From the IMG/VR virus record IMGVR_UViG_3300016471_001002, positions 96,001-160,000 of that record: a DNA stretch of 64,000 nt; one strand, given 5' to 3'. Made by a program: the position numbers and the translations under genes. Position 1 is the stretch's first letter, and each line of letters begins with the position of its first letter. The notes beneath the pieces were generated by a model that was not told the origin of the DNA, ran no database searches, and saw only the letters and a list, made by a program, of their open reading frames with translations. Positions 10,027 to 18,855 of the stretch are shown here, in pieces. This DNA comes from a virus. Taxonomy: Duplodnaviria; Caudoviricetes.

Positions 10027-10403
10027 CTAAAATGAATAAAAATGAAAAAGAACAAGATGAAGGCTTAAAGCCTAAGAAGAACTTTTCTTTAAAACTTTCA
10101 AGAAAAGAGCTTGTTCATCTACGAGACTTATTCGGCGTTTTATTGCCAGCAGACATGAAGTCTACCATCAGTCAAGCTCTTGCATCTAGTCAAGACAGAC
10201 AGCTCATAGAATCAAAGCTTTGGAACAAGATCATCAGCTTGTGTAATGAAGCAGAAATTCCTCTAGGAGATGAAGCCCCAGATTTTATCGTAACAATTTC
10301 TTCGACTCCGCAGCTTGGCGTTTTTGAACTTATCTCTGAAGAAGAAGAAATTGCTGCTGCTATCGGTCAACAGCTATTAGCTGAAGCTGCGGAGGATGAA
10401 TGA
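10023..10403 (+). CDS. Hypothetical protein
   Basis: 126-aa ORF, ATGA overlaps on both sides. Confidence 0.6.
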   Translation: MTKMNKNEKEQDEGLKPKKNFSLKLSRKELVHLRDLFGVLLPADMKSTISQALASSQDRQLIESKLWNKIISLCNEAEIPLGDEAPDFIVTISSTPQLGVFELISEEEEIAAAIGQQLLAEAAEDE

Positions 10404-10804
10404 AATACTCGATAGGCCAAATTTTGTATATTCTAATGAATCGTGAAACGAAGATATTACCCGTTCAGGTAATTGAAGAAATTACAAAAAAAAGCTTAAA
10501 TGGAGAATCAACTAACTATATCGTAAGAGTAGGATCAAAAGGAGAAGCAACGTCATTGTCAGACATCGACGGAGAAATATTTGATTCTATTATTGTTTTG
10601 AGGCAAACTCTTCATGAAAAAATCATAAAGATGGTTGATTCTGTCGTAGAAAATTCTGAGAAAAGAGCAAAAGAATGGTATCAAATTGATGATGTTGATT
10701 CCATCATAAGTGAGCCAATTGAAAAAGCTATAGAAATTCAGCAGGATGATGCGGTGGTTATTTTGCCAGATGGAACAAAAGCGAAAATAAAAATGGCAAT
10801 TTAA
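10400..10804 (+). CDS. Hypothetical protein with KOW-like start (YSIGQILY)
   Basis: 134-aa ORF, ATGA overlap. Confidence 0.6.
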   Translation: MKYSIGQILYILMNRETKILPVQVIEEITKKSLNGESTNYIVRVGSKGEATSLSDIDGEIFDSIIVLRQTLHEKIIKMVDSVVENSEKRAKEWYQIDDVDSIISEPIEKAIEIQQDDAVVILPDGTKAKIKMAI

Positions 10805-10815
10805 GGGATAAATTT

Positions 10816-11058
10816 ATGACAGAACAATCCAGCGATGTTTATAAACACGTTTATCAATCATTAAATGAAATTAAGAAAAAGTTGACTGAGATGTCATTTA
10901 TGGATTTGTCACAAATTCATATAGACCAAGAATGGTCATGGATGCCATATGTCAAAGATCATATTGATTTTTTACTCGAACAAACGAATGGAGTTCTTGA
11001 AAGCTTGAAGGATTCTCCTCCTCCTTCCATCAGGAATATCGAAAATATCGATCAATAA
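10816..11058 (+). CDS. Hypothetical protein
   Basis: 80-aa ORF with upstream AAGGGA. Confidence 0.5.
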   Translation: MTEQSSDVYKHVYQSLNEIKKKLTEMSFMDLSQIHIDQEWSWMPYVKDHIDFLLEQTNGVLESLKDSPPPSIRNIENIDQ

Positions 11059-11106
11059 AAATCGTTTATTAAAAAAAATCGCTTTTGAAATGCGCGAATA
11101 GCTTTG

Positions 11107-11141
11107 TGCAAACTTGCTTCTTTTAGTTATAATGTAAATCC
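11107..11141 (+). promoter_or_regulatory. Promoter TGCAAA-N17-TAATGT-N6-ATG
   Basis: Same geometry as 11 other promoters in the window. Confidence 0.65.
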
Positions 11142-11855
11142 ATGGACCGCTCTGAGCTAAAAAAAGCCCTAAAGCTCGCAAGAAATATCGTAATGACTCA
11201 TGGCATTACGAATCACATGACGGAACATTATAAAGAAAGCCTGTTAAGATATGACGAAAGTGAATACCATGATCATAATCAATATGAATTTTTGCTAGAT
11301 CCAAAGCGTTCAGGCTGGAGCAATGGAAATTTTGTTTGTTGCTTAAATGTAGGTTATGAGTCGGGAGAAAACGTTCTCGTAGCCGGAGGGTTCTATCGAG
11401 ATTATTTTCGAAGGATTTCGATCCGTTACGGAAACTCAGAATTCTCTTTGGAACAGGTAAAAGAAAGAGAGAATTTTATCAATTCGCTGCTGATGGTTGC
11501 GGAGATGATTGAATCTTGCATCCCTCAAAAGATTACCTTGACAGTTGAGACGCCCGAAGAGGTAACAAACCGTAAAAGGAAAGAACACGAACAGAACGTA
11601 GGGTTTCAAATCTACCATGAGCTTGGTAGTTCAAGCTTTAAAAACCTCCGAACGGGCGGAAAAGGCCGAATTTGTAGGATCCCAGATTCATATCTAAACG
11701 TCCACGAAAACATGCCAGAAGCAGGAACGTATCGATATACACATATTAACAAACGTGATCGCCGCGGAAGACCAACGAGTCATTCGAGGTATGTTTTTAA
11801 CGTTTCCTTGGCTTTCAATGGCGATTCTTATGTGAAAATTTTTAAGGTTGATTGA
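11142..11855 (+). CDS. Hypothetical protein
   Basis: 237-aa ORF directly behind promoter motif. Confidence 0.65.
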   Translation: MDRSELKKALKLARNIVMTHGITNHMTEHYKESLLRYDESEYHDHNQYEFLLDPKRSGWSNGNFVCCLNVGYESGENVLVAGGFYRDYFRRISIRYGNSEFSLEQVKERENFINSLLMVAEMIESCIPQKITLTVETPEEVTNRKRKEHEQNVGFQIYHELGSSSFKNLRTGGKGRICRIPDSYLNVHENMPEAGTYRYTHINKRDRRGRPTSHSRYVFNVSLAFNGDSYVKIFKVD

Positions 11856-11856
11856 G

Positions 11857-11891
11857 TGCAAAGTTCACCACCAAAATGGTAGTATAAGACC
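11857..11891 (+). promoter_or_regulatory. Promoter TGCAAA-N17-TAGTAT-N6-ATG (extended -10)
   Basis: Conserved geometry; TGn before the -10 hexamer. Confidence 0.75.
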
Positions 11892-12473
11892 ATGGGTATT
11901 GGAAAGATTGACCTCCACGAGGCAGAATCCATCGCAAATAAAGTTCGACAGCACATCTTCCCGGCAATGGACCGCGTCGAAGTAGCTGGTTCAATTCGCC
12001 GACGAAAAGAAATTGTCGGTGACATTGAGATCTGTGGCATCCCTGGTGATCGTGAACGCCTCATCTCCCTCCTCAGTGACGTCGGTCAACACATCAAGCC
12101 CGGTGTTCCAGGTGCCATTCCATGGACTCCTAAGGTCTCTGCCAAGTACCTTCGTGTTCGATTGGCGGAGGGGATGAACCTCGATGTCTTCCTGGCGACT
12201 CCTGATAACTGGGGTGGTCTGTACATGATGCGAACTGGTAGCGGAGCTGGACCAGACGGTAATCCATTTCATGGATTTATCCCAGGAATCTTTGGTCGAT
12301 GGAAGAAGATGTCCGGTGGCGGTCGTATGACAGATTGTATGCCAACTACAACGGATGGCACCCAACTCCTTGTCGCCGAAGAACAGGATTTCTTCGATCT
12401 TCTCGAAATGGATTTCGTTCCTCCTCAGGAACGTATGTCCAAAGGTGCAATTAAGAAGTACGCTAAGGTATAA
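11892..12473 (+). CDS. polX: Minimal family X DNA polymerase (palm plus thumb only)
   Basis: VAGSIRRRKEIVGDIEI, NLDVF, YMMRTGS, EQDFFDLLEMDFVPPQER; 193 aa, no lyase or PHP domain. Confidence 0.82.
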   Translation: MGIGKIDLHEAESIANKVRQHIFPAMDRVEVAGSIRRRKEIVGDIEICGIPGDRERLISLLSDVGQHIKPGVPGAIPWTPKVSAKYLRVRLAEGMNLDVFLATPDNWGGLYMMRTGSGAGPDGNPFHGFIPGIFGRWKKMSGGGRMTDCMPTTTDGTQLLVAEEQDFFDLLEMDFVPPQERMSKGAIKKYAKV

Positions 12474-12480
12474 TCTAAAC

Positions 12481-13311
12481 ATGTCAATCCTTTGTATCGA
12501 TTTCATGAATCAATGTCATCGTGCTCGATCCGGATTCCAGGTCGGGCCTGCCCCTGTCGTCTTCAACTTTTTCAGGCAGTTCAAGTCTCTCGTTGATCAA
12601 TTCAAACCGAATCGAGTTTATGTGGTCCTCGAGGGCCGACCGGTTAAGCGCTACGAACTTCTGCCCGAGTACAAGGCCACACGTCGAGTTGAGGAGGACG
12701 ACCCCAAGTATGCAGAGCTTCAAAAGTTCTTCAAGCAAAAGGATCATATCGTCGATCTCCTGACCAAGCACTTCCCTGTCTCAGTCGTTCGGCACCCTAC
12801 ATCTGAGTGTGACGATACTATCTACAATCTCATCGATCGTTCCACCACAGCGGTGCCATGGACTGTAGTCTCCAATGACTCAGATTTTACCCAGTTAATT
12901 CAGAAATATTCTCATGTAAAAGTATGGAATCCAATTAAGAAAGAATATCTGGAGGCACCTGAGGATTACGATTACATCACCTGGAAGTCCCTACGTGGTG
13001 ATGGATCAGACAACATCCCTGGCATCCCCGGCATCGGCGACAAGACCGCAGCTGATTTGGCTACCGACCCTGACAAGTTAGCAAGGTTTCTTTCTGACCC
13101 CAACAATGCGGCACAGTTTCAACGCAACTATGAACTTATTTCGTTCAAGGAGTGGACCGAGGGTGAGCGGATGGAAATGACTTCTTCATCTCCGATTTGT
13201 AATTGGGATGCAGTGAAAGTTGCCTTTGACGTTTACGGATTTAAATCTATCGTTAAAGAAGAAGCTTGGAATAAGTTTATTGGATCTTTTTCCTCGCTTT
13301 GGGGTTCTTAA
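12481..13311 (+). CDS. 5'-3' exonuclease / flap endonuclease (T4 RNase H, T5 D15-like)
   Basis: ILCIDFMN, VYVVLEG, YKATR, ECDDTI, VSNDSDFTQL, LRGDGSDNIPGIPGIGDKTA (H3TH); start at ATG 12481. Confidence 0.92.
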   Translation: MSILCIDFMNQCHRARSGFQVGPAPVVFNFFRQFKSLVDQFKPNRVYVVLEGRPVKRYELLPEYKATRRVEEDDPKYAELQKFFKQKDHIVDLLTKHFPVSVVRHPTSECDDTIYNLIDRSTTAVPWTVVSNDSDFTQLIQKYSHVKVWNPIKKEYLEAPEDYDYITWKSLRGDGSDNIPGIPGIGDKTAADLATDPDKLARFLSDPNNAAQFQRNYELISFKEWTEGERMEMTSSSPICNWDAVKVAFDVYGFKSIVKEEAWNKFIGSFSSLWGS

Positions 13312-13324
13312 TAATTAATGATTA

Positions 13325-13600
13325 ATGAAATCATTATTTTTTCTTCTATTTTGCTCAGGTTGTGGAACCGTGTGGGGATCTCAAGCGACGACGATAGAAC
13401 CTCTACCAATTAAATTTGGTGGGTTTAAAGATAGTTCGATTGAACTTGCGATACCTCTTAAAGTAGAGAAGAAAAAATCAGGAACAGGGTATCGCTCGCC
13501 AATTGAGATTAGGATTAGGGCTTTGCTTACAACGCCAGACGACGTTCCAGTTCCTATAATTCCATCGGGATGTGAAGGTAGAGTAAGAGTTAGGTGGTGA
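13325..13600 (+). CDS. Hypothetical lipoprotein-like protein
   Basis: Hydrophobic leader ending LFCSGC. Confidence 0.45.
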   Translation: MKSLFFLLFCSGCGTVWGSQATTIEPLPIKFGGFKDSSIELAIPLKVEKKKSGTGYRSPIEIRIRALLTTPDDVPVPIIPSGCEGRVRVRW

Positions 13601-13871
13601 TAGGAATTAACCATCCTTCGCCTGTCCATCCGCTAGTACCATTTGAAGTTAAAACCCGATAGGCTCCATTTTGCCATTCAGGCGTTAGGTATTTGTCTTG
13701 AATTTCTTTATCTGTAGGCTTTCTTGCCTCTATGATCACAAGGACGTCGTCAGAATATATTTTATCAATATCGTCATCGACTTCACAAGCGTATGAAGAC
13801 CAAATAATCAAACCATCACAATCTGGCTTGCATATTGCAAGAGTGCCAGGTTTTAGAAGCTTTCTAGACAT
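13590..13871 (-). CDS. Small SH3/KOW-like protein
   Basis: LKPGTLAI, DVLVIIE, YRVLTSNGTSGW. Confidence 0.55.
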   Translation of the reverse strand: MSRKLLKPGTLAICKPDCDGLIIWSSYACEVDDDIDKIYSDDVLVIIEARKPTDKEIQDKYLTPEWQNGAYRVLTSNGTSGWTGEGWLIPITT

Positions 13872-13936
13872 TATATAGATTTTATATCAATCATTTAACG
13901 AAATGTTTTAGATATTTATAGTAAGAGGAGATTTCC

Positions 13937-14476
13937 ATGAAAGAAGAATACAATAAAATTCTTGCAGAAACCAAGCAAGAATTTCCAGACTTTGAAATCA
14001 TCGAGAAAGAAAAATCCGTGTTGATGAAGTTCATCGATGCGGCATTGAAGATCATAACTTTTGGACAGATGAAACTCTTTATGACGGGTTTTATCACCAC
14101 GATGGGAAATAAAGTTTATGTTCCGAGCAGCTGGGAAAACGCTACAATAACTAGCAAGGCCGAGATTATCAGGCACGAAAGAGTTCACATGCGTCAAGCC
14201 AAGAGGCACGGAAGATTCTTGTTCTCAGTTGCGTACCTTTTAGTTCCATTTCCATTGGTGTTTGCACGATGGCGCAAAAAGTTTGAACAAGAAGCTTATG
14301 AAGAAAGCCTCCGCGCTATTTACGAATATCATGGAGAAAAGGCTTTCACACCGGCTTTAAAAGAAAATATGATTGCTCATTTCACCACGGCACAATATTT
14401 TTGGATGTGGCCTTTCAGGAAGTCCATCGAGGCTTGGTATGATGCAGCAATAGAAAAAGTAAAGTCATCTAAGTAA
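13937..14476 (+). CDS. Putative zinc metallopeptidase (HExxH)
   Basis: IIRHERVHMRQ followed by a hydrophobic segment and FEQEAY; SD GAGGAG upstream. Confidence 0.7.
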   Translation: MKEEYNKILAETKQEFPDFEIIEKEKSVLMKFIDAALKIITFGQMKLFMTGFITTMGNKVYVPSSWENATITSKAEIIRHERVHMRQAKRHGRFLFSVAYLLVPFPLVFARWRKKFEQEAYEESLRAIYEYHGEKAFTPALKENMIAHFTTAQYFWMWPFRKSIEAWYDAAIEKVKSSK

Positions 14477-14497
14477 ATTAAATTAAAAAACATTATG

Positions 14498-14529
14498 AAG
14501 CAGAGAGGATACCCTCTCTGCTTTTTTTT
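14498..14529 (+). terminator. Intrinsic terminator between convergent genes
   Basis: 11-bp perfect stem AAGCAGAGAGG/CCTCTCTGCTT, 4-nt loop, T-run. Confidence 0.85.
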
Positions 14530-14543
14530 ACATCATGTTTTTC

Positions 14544-14774
14544 TCAGCACGGATTATTCTTATACCATTCTATCATTCGTAGAATCTCTGGAACTTGGTG
14601 ATCGTCACAATCCTTGTATGACTTACCCAGACGAGATTTTAGTCTCTCCCATATGTGGGCATAAGAATTACGCTCTTTGAGAAACTTGCAGGGAGGTAAT
14701 TTACCCTTAAGATGATCTCCAGCATCTTTTGCCGCTGTTCTAATAACCTTAATATTTTCTTCCGATAAAGGCAT
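14544..14774 (-). CDS. Hypothetical protein
   Basis: 76-aa ORF ending at the terminator. Confidence 0.6.
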   Translation of the reverse strand: MPLSEENIKVIRTAAKDAGDHLKGKLPPCKFLKERNSYAHIWERLKSRLGKSYKDCDDHQVPEILRMIEWYKNNPC

Positions 14775-14894
14775 GAATCAAATATTACATTTGATTACAA
14801 AAATCTATAAATCTCAAGAACAAAAAGAGAATCTCGAGTGAAATACTATAACTATAATTAAGCTGGATTTTCAACCGCCAGCGAGGAGTCTCTA

Positions 14895-15620
14895 GTGAAA
14901 AATTTCATGAGCTCGCTAATCTTGGGGTCGTTCTTCTTCCTGGTAGGTTGTTGTTCATCTTCGCATGTTCAAACTCCTAAAGTGAGTAATGTTTTAAACG
15001 AACATGAAATGCAAAGATCTTCTCAGATAGAAAACGTAAAGAAAATAAAAAGATTGACAGTCGCACTTACTAGTTTAGACACTTCAGATCAAATGATCCA
15101 TTGTGCTGCCATTTGGATTAATCGCGGAATGTTGTTAACTGCAAATCATTGCGTTAATAAAGATGAATTGATAACGTATATAACTTATGATGAGCTTAAT
15201 GAAAGCTCATTCCATTTAGCTATAGTAAAATCGAACGATGAAATTAACGATTTGGCGCTTCTTTTAGTTGACCCGAGTTCAGAACCGCCTCATGATGTCG
15301 TCGAAATAACTGACGAAATTGTTGAGCCTGGTGAAGAAGTTAACATCATGGGCCACACAGTCGGGTTAGGATGGACTTTTTCTAAAGGATATGTCTCATC
15401 AATAAGAAATAACTTAAAAACTCCGGATTTATTTCCCACGGAAAAAGTTATTCAAATATCATCACCAGCTTGGCTAGGAAATTCTGGCGGTGGTGCGTTC
15501 GATTTGAATGGACATCTTGTAGGATTATGTTCATATATTTCTACTTCAGGACCTTTTTTAACTTATTTCATTCATAAAAACACGATTGTTAAGTTTCTTA
15601 TGAAAGAAGGTGCTATATAA
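14895..15620 (+). CDS. Trypsin-like (S1) serine protease, lipoprotein
   Basis: Triad LTANHCV / DLALL / GNSGGG; lipobox-like LVGC; SD GAGGAG. Confidence 0.88.
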   Translation: MKNFMSSLILGSFFFLVGCCSSSHVQTPKVSNVLNEHEMQRSSQIENVKKIKRLTVALTSLDTSDQMIHCAAIWINRGMLLTANHCVNKDELITYITYDELNESSFHLAIVKSNDEINDLALLLVDPSSEPPHDVVEITDEIVEPGEEVNIMGHTVGLGWTFSKGYVSSIRNNLKTPDLFPTEKVIQISSPAWLGNSGGGAFDLNGHLVGLCSYISTSGPFLTYFIHKNTIVKFLMKEGAI

Positions 15621-16686
15621 TATTGCGTTTTTTCTTGCAGGAGGCTACATCATGGCAAGAGTCGAAGATGTTACATGGGGTTCTTATCAAGAATTTGAAG
15701 GTCCTTTTTATAAAGGAAAAATAAAATTTGAGCTTCCTAAAAATCCATCGATTAATGATAAGTTTTTAGCTACAATCGTCGCGATTGAAAGCGGTCATTA
15801 TGATGCAATCAACATGTATGATAGGATGATTGTTTCTGCCGGATTAATACAGTGGGGAGAAGCCAACGTTTTTTCAGTATCAAAGATGTTGGGTTTTTTT
15901 TGTGATTCTGGATTTGAAACAATAGTTCAAGGATGTTTGAAACCTGCTTTAGATGTATCTGGTTCTTCATTTAAGAAAAACCAAAAGGGAATTTGGAGAT
16001 TTTTTATAGGAACGTCAGAGGTTAATAACCTAGCAGCGCAACAAAAACTTTTTTGGGGATGTGATGGTAAAAAAGGTAGTTGGAAATCAGAAGAAAGTAA
16101 AAAATGTGCAAAACTTTGGGCTGCTTGCATAGCTTCAATCTTAGAAGATCCACGAACACGCGAATTGCAAAAGAAATTCACGCTTGATAGATTAATGGGA
16201 TTCGTTACCCCGACCGCAAAAAAAGAATTATTTGATGATAAAACTCAAACGCAATGGTCAAATGCATTAAGAGCAATTTATTTAACTTTTGCAATTAATC
16301 TTCCCCGCGTGACAGGAGAAATGTTTTCTTCAACAAAATTTGTTGGTGAAAAATGGTCTGAAGAGTGGTGTTTGTGTTTAATAAAAAAATTAACTTTTGG
16401 ATCAAACATTAAAATTTATCCAACAAGATATAATGCTTTAAGACCTGTTATAGAAAAATTATTTGATGTTGATCTTCCACAAAATGCAGAAGAGTTAAAA
16501 CTTTGGGATCCAAAAACGACGCCTCCTCCTTCAAGTAAAAACGCCATAGGTAATTCGCAACAAACGATAAATGAAGAATTGTTGAAGGAGTTAAATCAAA
16601 TTATAATGACTAAACCTTCTCAGCCGCCACCGGCTCCTAATCCGATTGTGGCTCTTTTCAAAAAGATTTTTTCATTTTTTTCCTGA
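15610..16686 (+). CDS. Putative lysozyme-fold peptidoglycan hydrolase (true start may be 15652)
   Basis: AIESGHYDAINMYD..VSAGLIQW resembles lysozyme-superfamily Glu and GxxQ motifs; Pro-rich tail. Confidence 0.45.
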   Translation: MLYNIAFFLAGGYIMARVEDVTWGSYQEFEGPFYKGKIKFELPKNPSINDKFLATIVAIESGHYDAINMYDRMIVSAGLIQWGEANVFSVSKMLGFFCDSGFETIVQGCLKPALDVSGSSFKKNQKGIWRFFIGTSEVNNLAAQQKLFWGCDGKKGSWKSEESKKCAKLWAACIASILEDPRTRELQKKFTLDRLMGFVTPTAKKELFDDKTQTQWSNALRAIYLTFAINLPRVTGEMFSSTKFVGEKWSEEWCLCLIKKLTFGSNIKIYPTRYNALRPVIEKLFDVDLPQNAEELKLWDPKTTPPPSSKNAIGNSQQTINEELLKELNQIIMTKPSQPPPAPNPIVALFKKIFSFFS

Positions 16687-16995
16687 AGAAAGTAGCTTAA
16701 CAACTTTTGGAGCTTCGTTGGTTGAGAATACAAACCATTGGTGAATGGTTTCATCCCATGTGTGAATGAGACCATTTTCTTCAAGCTCTTTTACCGTACA
16801 AACATGAAATGCTTGTTTTCCATTCCTAAATCGATCAACAATGATTTCATTTCCTACTTGACCGACAAACTTTCCATCGACGATAGCATCTTGTAGAGAA
16901 TCAGGCTTGAATCCTCTTTTTACTTTTTTAGAATCTACCTTTTCTACTTTCTTTTTTTGAATTTTTTCTACGAATTGTTTTCTTTCAATTGTCAT
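16672..16995 (-). CDS. Hypothetical protein
   Basis: Start placed at MTIERK, overlapping the upstream glycosylase stop. Confidence 0.5.
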   Translation of the reverse strand: MTIERKQFVEKIQKKKVEKVDSKKVKRGFKPDSLQDAIVDGKFVGQVGNEIIVDRFRNGKQAFHVCTVKELEENGLIHTWDETIHQWFVFSTNEAPKVVKLLSSGKK

Positions 16996-17407
16996 GTTTT
17001 TTCCTCCAAATCCAATATGAAGCAAGAACCCCATCATTTGGTGGAGTATCTCCTAGTTTATTTTTAAAAAATATTTCCCAAGATCTAGCTGCGTATTCGC
17101 CTACCCCAGGTAGATCTCTAGGGTCTTTCCATTTTTTGCTTAAATAAGCTTTTGACATATTGAGTAAATTTTTTGCTCTTCTATTTTTAAACCCCAAAGA
17201 AGCAATTGTTTCAATAACGTCAGCTTCATTTGCTGAAATTAAATCTTTTGCAGATGGCCATTTTGTGAAAAAAATAGAAAGAACTTTTTCTGCTTGTTTT
17301 CTAGAAGTACAATTCAGCATGATGCATGAAGTAAACATTTTCCATTCATCAGGCCATACGTCTTCTTGAATCAATCCAAATCCGCTTCTTGGAGGTATTC
17401 GGTTCAT
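16985..17407 (-). CDS. HhH-GPD DNA glycosylase, MBD4-like
   Basis: WKMFTSCIMLNCTS, WPSA, LGFKNRRA, LPGVGEYAARSWEIF, DGVLASYW. Confidence 0.8.
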   Translation of the reverse strand: MNRIPPRSGFGLIQEDVWPDEWKMFTSCIMLNCTSRKQAEKVLSIFFTKWPSAKDLISANEADVIETIASLGFKNRRAKNLLNMSKAYLSKKWKDPRDLPGVGEYAARSWEIFFKNKLGDTPPNDGVLASYWIWRKKHDN

Positions 17408-17523
17408 TTTTTGAATAGTAACGTTTGTTTTTTTTCTTTACACGTTTCAAATTCATACGCGAATTTGAAAAAATAAAAAATTTTTTTGTGAACAATGTGA
17501 TCAAATGTAATATATAAATTGCC

Positions 17524-18168
17524 ATGAGTTTCATAGCATACATTACAACAATTTTGCTAGGACTTCAACCCGCCTATGGCGATAACGAGACCTGGCAGGA
17601 ACGCACTGATAGGATGACAATCATCGCTGAAGCGATTGATGATGCTTCATCTAGAGCAACATGCTCTGACAAGTACAACGTAGAAGGTTGCGTAGCAACT
17701 TGGCCACAAGATAAAAAAAGCTTAGCAATTCTCTTGGTCACTAAGGGATATTGGGAATCTAAGTTTGCAAAAAACGTTCATGAAGGAAAATGCAGACCAT
17801 ACGAATGTGATTCGTACCGAAAAGACGGTCACCTTATTCACAAGGCAAGATCACCTTGGCAAATTCAGAGAACTGGGCTTGTCTCGAAGGAAGAATATTC
17901 AAAAATGAATTCTTCATCTCAAGAGAGCACGACGGTTTCTGCGAATGTCGCTGTTCGATATTTGTCGATCGGAATGAGACAATGTCACACAATCATGGGT
18001 GCAATGTCAATTTACGGCGGAGTTAAATCTTGCAACTGGTCTGGTGTAAAACATCGATTATCTTTTTATAAAAAGTTGATGGAAAAATCGCCAGAAGATC
18101 TTTCTGCGGCAAAAGAAAAACAAGAGCAACTGCATAAGTCATTTGTTAAAGTATCTTCTTATAAGTAG
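17524..18168 (+). CDS. Secreted lysozyme/lytic transglycosylase-like protein
   Basis: Signal-like N-terminus, GYWESKF catalytic-Glu-like motif, ARSPWQI. Confidence 0.5.
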   Translation: MSFIAYITTILLGLQPAYGDNETWQERTDRMTIIAEAIDDASSRATCSDKYNVEGCVATWPQDKKSLAILLVTKGYWESKFAKNVHEGKCRPYECDSYRKDGHLIHKARSPWQIQRTGLVSKEEYSKMNSSSQESTTVSANVAVRYLSIGMRQCHTIMGAMSIYGGVKSCNWSGVKHRLSFYKKLMEKSPEDLSAAKEKQEQLHKSFVKVSSYK

Positions 18169-18191
18169 CAAGAAATAAAAACCATTTTGGT

Positions 18192-18216
18192 CGCCCTCTT
18201 AACGGAGGGCGTTTTT
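18192..18216 (+). terminator. Intrinsic terminator
   Basis: CGCCCTC/GAGGGCG stem followed by TTTTT. Confidence 0.75.
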
Positions 18217-18237
18217 GTTTCAGCAAAGAATAAAATT

Positions 18238-18501
18238 GTGAAAAAAAGAAAAGAATCGTTGTATTCTATTTCTGTGAAAGTAGGGTCATTAGTTGTTCCT
18301 ACTTCGTTTAACCAAAGAGAATCTTTTTATTTAACTCCTATATCAGTTTTCGAGCAAGAAAATTTTTTATCTTGGCCAGAATGGAAAAAAGGAGAAATCG
18401 GAATTGTTCTACCCCCAGAAGAAGGTCAAATAGGAATTAAGGTTTTAATTCCTGATGGTGTTGGGTTGTGCTTCTTTGATGAAATAAAAGAGATATTGTA
18501 A
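18238..18501 (+). CDS. Small SH3/KOW-like protein (start uncertain)
   Basis: VKVGSLVV, GEIGIVL, IKVLIPDGVG. Confidence 0.5.
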   Translation: MKKRKESLYSISVKVGSLVVPTSFNQRESFYLTPISVFEQENFLSWPEWKKGEIGIVLPPEEGQIGIKVLIPDGVGLCFFDEIKEIL

Positions 18502-18504
18502 GTT

Positions 18505-18855
18505 GTGAATACATTTATGAAAGTAGAACCCTTAAATAAAGTCGCGATTACTCTTTTTATAATTGCAAAAATCTTTGGATTAATTGGCGTTAGCATGGGA
18601 TTCATGGGATCAAAAACGCATACAATCGGAGGATATCTTCTTTTCTTTGCAATAATTTCTATTTTTGGATCCATAGGATGCGCATTGTTTCAAACGGCGA
18701 AAGATAAAAAGAAGTTTTCCAAAGAAGACGAAGAGAATGCAAAGCTTAACTCATTTATAAGAGTAAAATCGACTTTAGAACAAGAAATTAAAGATCTTGA
18801 AGAACGTAGAATGGCCCTTGAAAATTTTTTGATTAAAAAAGGAAAAATGCTATGA
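18505..18855 (+). CDS. Two-TM membrane protein with C-terminal coiled coil
   Basis: Two hydrophobic segments then a charged helix. Confidence 0.6.
   Translation: MNTFMKVEPLNKVAITLFIIAKIFGLIGVSMGFMGSKTHTIGGYLLFFAIISIFGSIGCALFQTAKDKKKFSKEDEENAKLNSFIRVKSTLEQEIKDLEERRMALENFLIKKGKML

Noticed and set aside
12355-12480. N-terminal extension of the exonuclease given in the ORF track
   Set aside because: It overlaps polX out of frame; the family starts at the MSILCID strand (12481).
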